Under the pieces are notes generated by a model that saw only the letters and a list, made by a program, of their open reading frames with translations, was not told where the DNA came from and ran no database searches. Positions 57,046 through 64,000 of a stretch of DNA of 64,000 bases are shown piece after piece; the first letter of the stretch is position 1; every line of letters begins with the position of its first letter. The position numbers were made by a program, and so were the translations under genes. This stretch comes from an uncultured Candidatus Saccharibacteria bacterium. Lineage in GTDB: Bacteria; Patescibacteriota; Saccharimonadia; Saccharimonadales; Saccharimonadaceae. The stretch is from NCBI GenBank assembly GCA_947166295.1, contig CAMVDR010000002.1, positions 31,889 through 95,888 on the forward strand, given 5' to 3'.

Positions 57046-58467
57046 ATGAAAATTTTAGCCCTTGATGTGGGAGAAAAGCGCATTGGCGTGGCTCGTGCCG
57101 ATTCAACTACCCGGATTGCGGTACCAGTAGGGTTCATTAATGTAGATGGCTCAGAGTGGCAGGAAATAGCCAAAACCGCACGCCTCAATAACACTAATTT
57201 CTTCGTACTGGGGTTGCCACGTAGTAATGAAGGCAATGAAACAGCGCAATCTCTATATGTACGTAATTTTGCTAAGGTTTTAGTAGAAAAAGTACCGGGG
57301 ATAAAAATTCGGTTTCAGGATGAGTCTCTCACCTCTGTAGTAGCAGAAGAAAGGCTTAAATCGCGCAAAAAACGCTACGAAAAAGGTGAAATAGATGCCG
57401 AGGCCGCATCTATCATCTTGCAGGATTTTTTGGAAACCTTCACTGTTGAAAAAATGGCACAGGAGGAAGCGCAAAATCCTGCGCGGTCTACAGGGGTAGT
57501 AGCCGGATTAAAAACCACCGCAACTGGGGTAGGAAAAAATGTAGCAAATATCACAAAAAAAGAGACGGATAAAGTAAAACTTAACACCAAAAAGGCAAAG
57601 CACAAGATGAAAACAGCGACAAAATGGATTTCCGGGATAGTAATACTGGCAATTTTGGGCTTAGCGGCAACTGGCGTAGCCTTATTTATCAGAGATCAGC
57701 GATACAAAGAATATCAAGAGCAATTCGCCCAGATAGAGGCCAATATGCAAGCTGAAGTGTTTAGTTTTACTATTCGGCCAGGGGAGACTCTAGCAGAAGT
57801 CCGGGCGGGGCTAATAGAGACTGGATATACAGTTACAGAGGTAGATGCCGCGCTAAATGCCGACTATGATTTTGATTTTTTAAGAGAGCGCCCGGAGGGG
57901 GCTAGTCTAGAAGGATATCTATATGGCGAAACGCATGAGTTTTACGAAAATACCCCAGTAAAAGACATCATCAAAACATTTTTAACGGGGATGGAAAGAG
58001 CAATTACAGATAATGGCCTAGTGGAGCGCTATGCGGCCCATGGTTTAACACTTTTTGAGGGAATTACATTGGCCTCCGTCGTGCAAAAGGAAGCTCCCAC
58101 CCCTGAAATGCCGACTGTGGCGCAAGTGTTTTTGACGCGTTTGAATTACGGAATCCCCCTAGGAAGCGACGTAACGGTATCTTACGCTGTTGAACAGGTA
58201 GACCCTGATAGACAGACGTATAGCGATAATCAGACGGCTCTAACGATAGACTCTTGTTATAATACGCGACTTTATGCGGGGCTACCCTGTGGGCCTATCT
58301 CCAATCCAGGGCTAGCGGCCCTTCTTGCAGTGGCAGAACCAGCAGAAACCTCTTATCTTTACTTCTTGACAGGAGACGACGGTATGATGTATTATAGTTA
58401 TACAGAGGCGGAGCATATTCAGAATATTCACAGTCATTGCCAAAACCTCTGTAATGTAGCATTATGA
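57046..58467 (+). CDS. RuvX/YqgF nuclease fused to endolytic transglycosylase MltG
   Basis: N-terminal ILALDVGEKRIGVA, QDESLTS, IDAEAASIILQ; TM; LEGYL, LASVVQKE, YNTRLYAGLPCGPISNPG, YLYF. Confidence 0.85.
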   Translation: MKILALDVGEKRIGVARADSTTRIAVPVGFINVDGSEWQEIAKTARLNNTNFFVLGLPRSNEGNETAQSLYVRNFAKVLVEKVPGIKIRFQDESLTSVVAEERLKSRKKRYEKGEIDAEAASIILQDFLETFTVEKMAQEEAQNPARSTGVVAGLKTTATGVGKNVANITKKETDKVKLNTKKAKHKMKTATKWISGIVILAILGLAATGVALFIRDQRYKEYQEQFAQIEANMQAEVFSFTIRPGETLAEVRAGLIETGYTVTEVDAALNADYDFDFLRERPEGASLEGYLYGETHEFYENTPVKDIIKTFLTGMERAITDNGLVERYAAHGLTLFEGITLASVVQKEAPTPEMPTVAQVFLTRLNYGIPLGSDVTVSYAVEQVDPDRQTYSDNQTALTIDSCYNTRLYAGLPCGPISNPGLAALLAVAEPAETSYLYFLTGDDGMMYYSYTEAEHIQNIHSHCQNLCNVAL

Positions 58468-59555
58468 CGAAAAGAAAGAAAAAAGTTAATCTTGAACGGT
58501 GGAAGAGTTTTTTACCGTATCTTGTTGCTGGGGTGATTACCTTAGCACTAGTAACGATTGGCTCATTAGACAAGCGCAATTCAGAGGTAAGTTTAAGCTT
58601 ATCTAGTTTTGCAGCCAATAATTATGACGTATCTACAGATCAGCTTTCAGAATTATATGTGGTGGCGGACCTATCAGATGCTTTAGGGCTAGCTAGCGCA
58701 TCAGATGTGGCGTCCAACTATATCATTACTAACACAATGTATGATTCCGGTCAGACTTCTGCTGGTAAATTAGAAAAACCGAATATAACCAACATCACGG
58801 CTTCGCGTGGCGTAATAGAATATACCGTGGCGGAAGGCGAGGACGTAAATACGATTGCTAGCAAATATAACGTTTCTGCCAATGATATTCGTTGGTCTAA
58901 CAACTTAAAAACCACCGATGTATCGGCAGGTACGGTGCTATACATACCTAGCACGTCCGGCATAGTGTATACGGTGAAATCTGGTGATACGGTGGAAAGT
59001 ATCGCTGAAAAATACGGTTCAAACGCAGCAGAAATTATTGCCCTTAACGACCTAGAGGTGTCTGGAATATCGGAAGGAATTCGGATTGTAGTGAAGGGTG
59101 GCTCGTTACCAGAAAAGGAGAGGCCAGAATATGTGGCGCCAGTAGTTGTGGCAGCCCGCCCAACCACCACCTATACTTATACCTATCTTGGAAATACTTC
59201 CCAGCGCGAAAATATAGAAGTGGTAGGTTACTTCTATGGCTTAGGTGGCCCTTATGGGGCTGGGCAGTGTACACAGTGGGCATGGTATAAGCGCCAGGAT
59301 TTGCCGAATATGTTAGGTAATGCTAATACCTGGGCACGCAATGCGGCGGCCTATGGTTATTTGGTAGACCGTACACCAGCAGCTGGCGCAGTGATTCAGA
59401 GCACTTCTGGCTGGTATGGCCACGTAGGATATGTGGAAGCAGTTAATCCGGATGGTTCTATCGTGGTAACGGAAATGAACTATGGTATTCCATACCGCGT
59501 AATTCGCTCCACTTTCCCAGCCAGTATCGTAGGAAACTTTAATTATATTCACTAA
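58464..59555 (+). CDS. LysM x2 + CHAP cell-wall hydrolase
   Basis: YTVAEGE and YTVKSGDT LysM repeats; GQCTQWA, GNANTW, GHVGYVE, EMNY. Confidence 0.9.
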   Translation: MTKRKKKVNLERWKSFLPYLVAGVITLALVTIGSLDKRNSEVSLSLSSFAANNYDVSTDQLSELYVVADLSDALGLASASDVASNYIITNTMYDSGQTSAGKLEKPNITNITASRGVIEYTVAEGEDVNTIASKYNVSANDIRWSNNLKTTDVSAGTVLYIPSTSGIVYTVKSGDTVESIAEKYGSNAAEIIALNDLEVSGISEGIRIVVKGGSLPEKERPEYVAPVVVAARPTTTYTYTYLGNTSQRENIEVVGYFYGLGGPYGAGQCTQWAWYKRQDLPNMLGNANTWARNAAAYGYLVDRTPAAGAVIQSTSGWYGHVGYVEAVNPDGSIVVTEMNYGIPYRVIRSTFPASIVGNFNYIH

Positions 59556-59770
59556 AATTCAATAGTTTTGGTGCGAGATTTGGCACCACGAGTGATTTTG
59601 ATGCTAGTTTTTGGAATACCAAAATACTTAGCTAAAATTTTGATGAGCGCCGTATTGGCTTCGCCATCGTGTGGCTTGGCACGGAGGTATATAGTTAGCT
59701 CGCCAGGAGCAGTTTCTACAACCTTTTCTTGTGAAGTGCCGGGTTTTACGGTGATTAGATATTTTGCCAT
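59552..59770 (-). CDS. DUF167 (YggU) family protein
   Basis: VKPG, AKPHDGEAN, GAKSRTK. Confidence 0.85.
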   Translation of the reverse strand: MAKYLITVKPGTSQEKVVETAPGELTIYLRAKPHDGEANTALIKILAKYFGIPKTSIKITRGAKSRTKTIEF

Positions 59771-59773
59771 AAT

Positions 59774-60280
59774 TTATAGAGTTTGTAGCCAGCCTGAAAG
59801 CTTAGCGGCACCTTCCTTAGTGCGTGCCTTGTGGCCAGACATATTAAAACCATCACCTTTAAAAGTGGCGGTAGGGAACTTGGATTGCAACTTGGCATAA
59901 GTGCCGGAATTGCCAGAACCTTCGTGGGTATTAAATGGAATAATGGTTTTGCCAGTAAGATCATGATTTTCTAGAAAAGTATAGCAAACCATTGGCAAAT
60001 CACCCCACCAAATAGGATAACCAAGATAAATTGTATCGTAATCTTTCAAATCTATATCGCCAAGATATTCTGGGCAAGCATTGTTTTTAAGCTCCTCGGT
60101 AGCCTGATTTACACAGTCCATGTAATTTTTAGGATAGGGAACTTTTGGTTTAATTTTGAATTCATTAGCACCGGTTTGCTTGATAATTTCTTTAGCTAAA
60201 AGTTCGGTATTGCCAACTTCTACTTCACCGACACCGTAATTTTCATCTGGGCGGGAATAATAAACAACTATACTTTTCAT
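59774..60280 (-). CDS. Flavodoxin-like protein
   Basis: VYYSR, GNT, LGYPIWWG, PFNTHEGSG. Confidence 0.9.
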   Translation of the reverse strand: MKSIVVYYSRPDENYGVGEVEVGNTELLAKEIIKQTGANEFKIKPKVPYPKNYMDCVNQATEELKNNACPEYLGDIDLKDYDTIYLGYPIWWGDLPMVCYTFLENHDLTGKTIIPFNTHEGSGNSGTYAKLQSKFPTATFKGDGFNMSGHKARTKEGAAKLSGWLQTL

Positions 60281-60344
60281 ATCTTTATTTTAATGAATTT
60301 GGGGAGAGCGGTCAAGAAAGGCGAATATGGTATAATTTAGGTAT

Positions 60345-62450
60345 ATGCCTAAATTTAAATTGGTGTCAAAATATCAGCCCACTGGCGATCAGCCTTCAGC
60401 GATAAAACAGCTGACGGATGGTATTTTGGCGGGCACGCACGAGCAGACGTTGCTAGGTGTGACTGGCTCCGGTAAGACGTTTACGATGGCGAATATTATT
60501 CAAAACGTGCAAAAGCCGACGTTAATTTTGGCACATAATAAAACTTTAGCCGCACAGTTGTATTCGGAATTTCGCGAGTTTTTCCCTGAAAATGAAGTGC
60601 ATTATTTTGTGAGTTACTTTGATTACTATCAGCCGGAAGCCTATATTGCATCTACCGATACTTATATCGAGAAGGATTCGGCGATTAATGACGAGATAGA
60701 TAGACTAAGACATGGTGCGACGGAAGCGTTGCTGACACGGCGGGATGTAATTGTGGTTTCTTCGGTATCCTGTATTTATGGCATTGGTTCACCGATGCAT
60801 TATTTGGAAATGTCGTTGCCGATGTGGCGAACCAAAGATGGTTGGCGCAGGGCATCAGATGATTTCTCTTCGGAGACGCTTGGCTCGGCCCGTCGTCACG
60901 GGCGAGCCGGCGCTCCCCCGCTCCTCGTTAGTCGCGGAAGCTCCTTAGAGAAAATATCTGATGCTAGCATTAACCAATTGGAGTTCATCCGACAACTTGT
61001 CTCTATGCAATATCATAGAAACGACCTAGCATTTGAACGTGGGAACTTCCGGGTAATGGGCGATACGATAGATTTGTATCCGGCTAATGGGGAATATGCC
61101 TATAGGTTTGAATTTGGCTTTGACGATTTGGAAGAAGTAAAAATCGTAGATCCGCTAACTTTTGAGGTGCGCGAGAAACCGGATCATATCCATATCTTCC
61201 CAAACACCCATTATGCTACACCAATGGATCAGCTGGAGCAAGCATTGGTGACAATTCGTGCAGAGTTTGACGATAGATTAAAATATTTTGAAAAGCACCA
61301 AAAATATTTGGAAGCGCAGAGATTATCGCAGCGCACTAAGTACGATCTAGAGATGCTAAAAGAAACCGGATTCGTGAAGGGAATTGAGAACTATTCGCGC
61401 CACCTAGATGGGCGCCGTGCAGGCGAGCCGCCAGCCACACTACTAGATTTCTTCCCGGAAGATTTCTTACTGATAGTGGATGAAAGCCACATGACTTTGC
61501 CACAGGTGCGTGGGATGTACAACGGCGACCACGCGCGAAAATTAAATTTGGTGGATTACGGGTTCCGTTTACCTTCTGCTCTAGATAATAGGCCACTGAC
61601 TTATGGCGAGTTCCAGGCACGCATTAATCAGGCTATATATGTATCGGCTACACCGGGAGAATACGAGTTAGAAGTATCCCCAGCGCCGGCCGAACAAGTG
61701 ATCCGCCCCACGGGCCTACTAGACCCAGAAATAGAAGTACGTTCGTCCGACGGACAAATAGACGATTTGATGGAAGAAATAGACCAGCGCATTGCCAAAG
61801 GCCAACGTACTTTGATTACCACTCTCACCAAGCGAATGGCAGAAGATTTAACAGACCACCTAAAAGAGCGGGGCGTAAAGACTGCCTACATTCATTCCGA
61901 TATAGACACGCTGGAGCGTGGTGATATTTTGCGTGATTTACGCGCTGGGGTGTATGATGTGCTGGTAGGGATTAATTTACTGCGCGAAGGGCTGGATTTA
62001 CCAGAAGTGTCGCTAGTTGCAATACTAGACGCGGATAAGGAAGGGTTCCTAAGAAGCGAGTCTGCTCTAATCCAGACAATAGGCCGAGCGGCACGCCACG
62101 AAGAAGGCAAGGTAATAATGTATGCAAACTTTATTACCGAGAGTATGGAAAAAGCTATTACTGAGACTAACCGGCGGCGCGAAATCCAACAAGAGTATAA
62201 TGAAAAACATCATATTACGCCACATTCTGTGCAAAAGGAGATTTCGGCGGGCTTACGCGCGATTATTCCAGAAAAAGAGAAGGAAAATAAGCTAGATATT
62301 AAACGCATACCAAAGGATGAGTTGCCGGCATTAATTAAGCAATTATCTTCCGAAATGCAACTCGCCGCGGCAAACTTAGAGTTTGAGCGCGCCGCAACAT
62401 TACGCGACGAAGTAGAGCGTATTAAAGAATTTATGGATGGGAAGAAGTGA
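60345..62450 (+). CDS. uvrB: Excinuclease ABC subunit B with in-frame palindromic insertion
   Basis: [48 protein letters not shown]. Confidence 0.98.
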   Translation: MPKFKLVSKYQPTGDQPSAIKQLTDGILAGTHEQTLLGVTGSGKTFTMANIIQNVQKPTLILAHNKTLAAQLYSEFREFFPENEVHYFVSYFDYYQPEAYIASTDTYIEKDSAINDEIDRLRHGATEALLTRRDVIVVSSVSCIYGIGSPMHYLEMSLPMWRTKDGWRRASDDFSSETLGSARRHGRAGAPPLLVSRGSSLEKISDASINQLEFIRQLVSMQYHRNDLAFERGNFRVMGDTIDLYPANGEYAYRFEFGFDDLEEVKIVDPLTFEVREKPDHIHIFPNTHYATPMDQLEQALVTIRAEFDDRLKYFEKHQKYLEAQRLSQRTKYDLEMLKETGFVKGIENYSRHLDGRRAGEPPATLLDFFPEDFLLIVDESHMTLPQVRGMYNGDHARKLNLVDYGFRLPSALDNRPLTYGEFQARINQAIYVSATPGEYELEVSPAPAEQVIRPTGLLDPEIEVRSSDGQIDDLMEEIDQRIAKGQRTLITTLTKRMAEDLTDHLKERGVKTAYIHSDIDTLERGDILRDLRAGVYDVLVGINLLREGLDLPEVSLVAILDADKEGFLRSESALIQTIGRAARHEEGKVIMYANFITESMEKAITETNRRREIQQEYNEKHHITPHSVQKEISAGLRAIIPEKEKENKLDIKRIPKDELPALIKQLSSEMQLAAANLEFERAATLRDEVERIKEFMDGKK
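60852..60964. mobile_element. ~113-bp palindromic element (family P3) in frame in uvrB
   Basis: GCATCAGAT...ATCTGATGC terminal inverted repeat; inner GCCCGTCGTCACGGGC hairpin like the obg elements. Confidence 0.8.
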
Positions 62451-62502
62451 AAAAAGAAAGCTCCGAACCTGCGCATTACAGCGCTGCCTGCAAGCTTTCG
62501 CT
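62450..62502 (-). ncRNA. Candidate small hairpin RNA downstream of the second nuclease (may also act as terminator)
   Basis: Minus-strand TTGTAA(62537-62532)-17-TATTAT(62514-62509); hairpin 62499-62456; U tract. Confidence 0.4.
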
Positions 62503-62523
62503 AGTTTCATAATAACATAGACA

Positions 62524-62910
62524 CTAAATAATTACAACAATTTTCTTATCTTTTGAAATAAGAAGAAGGTTTTTGATACCTTTGGTAGTAACGCTGCTGT
62601 GATATCTTAATTCGTTTTTTATTTTTGCAATATGCATTTTGGAGAATCTCGCATCAACTATAATATTTTTAGACTGTTGAATTGCGGAATGCAATAAATG
62701 TTGAATATTATATTTGCCAGTGCCGGTAGGAGTCTTTAACTCCCAACGCAAATTATTAATTAGAAAATCTGGTGTTCTCTGATTACTGCGTGGGATAAAT
62801 TTTATATCTGCTTTAAAATATCCTGCCAAAATATATGCAGCCGATATTTCTCTAGTAGTGGGTCTAGGGTAAATATTCTCCGGTATCACGATATTATATT
62901 TTGCTTTCAT
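62524..62910 (-). CDS. Stand-alone CdiA-C-like PD-(D/E)xK nuclease, paralogue 2
   Basis: RE..AA, RTPDFLINNLRWELKTP, SAIQQSKNIIVDAR. Confidence 0.68.
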   Translation of the reverse strand: MKAKYNIVIPENIYPRPTTREISAAYILAGYFKADIKFIPRSNQRTPDFLINNLRWELKTPTGTGKYNIQHLLHSAIQQSKNIIVDARFSKMHIAKIKNELRYHSSVTTKGIKNLLLISKDKKIVVII

Positions 62911-63002
62911 AATAGCACACTAGCATATAGAGGTGGGGAATTCAACCCCCCCACCGGTAGCTTACGCTTAGCTTTATTTCGTTTAGGGTTATTTATTTTA
63001 AA

Positions 63003-64000
63003 TCAGCGAGCAACACAGCGTATAGACCACCCGTAGTATCTGCCGTAGCCACGGGCTGGATAGATTTCATTATTGCCGTTAAAAGCCAGACTGTAAGCGC
63101 TGGTACTGCTGCTAACCGTACTAGACCAGTAGAAGCCGTAGGCGCGGGGACTGTCTAGGAGGCCGCCACCTATAAAGCCAGGCCGCACAAAGTAGTAAGG
63201 ATTAGAACGTAATTTGTTAAAACCACCCGTCGTGTAACCTACAGAATCGTTACCGGCAGATACTTTAGCAGTTATTTCAGCTTGATATAACATCCTACCA
63301 AATTCATTGTTAACGTTATCTGTTTGAGAAGCATTAGGAAGACGCCAACCTTTAGGACAAATAGAGTTAGAGGCGATTTCCCCTACTGTACTGCCTATAT
63401 TAGTAGAATTATTGGAAGCTATAGCTGCAGTCCAGTTATAGTAGTTACCGGCAAAGTAACGTTTACACTCATCTTCTGTATGACTAGCGTTTTTGCAAGC
63501 TTGTAGTGAATTATATCTTGTATCATTGCTAGTAGTGTTAGATGCGTAGTAATATGTATCGCCGCCTTCGGCCGAATATGGTGTGGTGTAGTTATTGACT
63601 GGCCAAGCAGATGGTTTAACGGAAGTACCAGAAATGTAGTAGTTAGAAGTAATGGCAGTAGAGGCTGGAGTCCAAGTCCAGACATCATCTTGTTCTGTAT
63701 AACCAACTGAGTAGATACCACTACCAGATGCGGTGGTACTGATATCTGTGTTTTCTGATGTTAGTGCCGCTACGTTCGTACCGCCGATGTCTAGATCTAG
63801 ATTGCTAGTCATCCAACAATGTCCATCTTTTAGCTTAGCTACCCAGTAAAGGTTGTTATCCCTAATATCTACTAACTGTGTAGCGGTACTTTCTCCATCT
63901 CCGGATACGGAGCTGCATATATCTGCTGTCATATCCTGCATGGCGAAATAGTATTTGTTATCTTCATCTCGGTAGATTGGCTGTATGCCATGTGAAGCAA
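63003..64000 (-). CDS. FISUMP-like surface protein; paralogue 5 (5' end outside the window)
   Basis: Frame stays open to the window edge; closely similar to 34750-36495 up to YFVR, then divergent. Confidence 0.8.
   Translation of the reverse strand, partial: ASHGIQPIYRDEDNKYYFAMQDMTADICSSVSGDGESTATQLVDIRDNNLYWVAKLKDGHCWMTSNLDLDIGGTNVAALTSENTDISTTASGSGIYSVGYTEQDDVWTWTPASTAITSNYYISGTSVKPSAWPVNNYTTPYSAEGGDTYYYASNTTSNDTRYNSLQACKNASHTEDECKRYFAGNYYNWTAAIASNNSTNIGSTVGEIASNSICPKGWRLPNASQTDNVNNEFGRMLYQAEITAKVSAGNDSVGYTTGGFNKLRSNPYYFVRPGFIGGGLLDSPRAYGFYWSSTVSSSTSAYSLAFNGNNEIYPARGYGRYYGWSIRCVAR

Overview
Chromosomal window of a small-genome bacterium, most likely Candidatus Saccharibacteria (Patescibacteria/CPR). 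This is inferred from the compact housekeeping set, shortened UvrC and AlaS, an rpsB-tsf-frr-uppS-rseP-proS block lacking pyrH/dxr/cdsA, and TGA used as stop. The backbone carries eno, uvrC, secG, rpmE2, rpsB, tsf, frr, uppS, rseP, proS, greA, lysS, dprA, topA, obg, trmD, recG, rsmD, tig, iscS, mnmA, alaS, an FtsA-like gene, a pseudouridine synthase, a two-component pair, a RuvX-MltG fusion, uvrB and two tRNA-Leu genes. Unexplained structure: (1) five dispersed paralogous surface proteins with a FISUMP/C-type-lectin-like C-terminus. The four with a visible 5' end share a ~140-190 nt structured leader: a covarying long hairpin whose loop pairs with an invariant CCUUGCGGUGCCAUUUUU tail. Several end in DGR-like NNC-rich variable regions, but no RT or template repeat is in the window. 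(2) Two of these genes are followed by a module of a conserved spacer, a stand-alone CdiA-C-like PD-(D/E)xK nuclease, and a promoter embedded in the nuclease 3' end that would transcribe a ~45-nt hairpin RNA (candidate RNA-antitoxin system). (3) GC-rich palindromic elements are inserted in frame in topA, mnmA, the pseudouridine synthase, obg (twice, one nested) and uvrB, with intergenic relatives. (4) Two promoter-terminator-bounded candidate ncRNAs. (5) A LuxS homologue lacking its catalytic Cys plus a degenerate paralogue. All calls come from reading the sequence by eye; no searches or folding programs were run.
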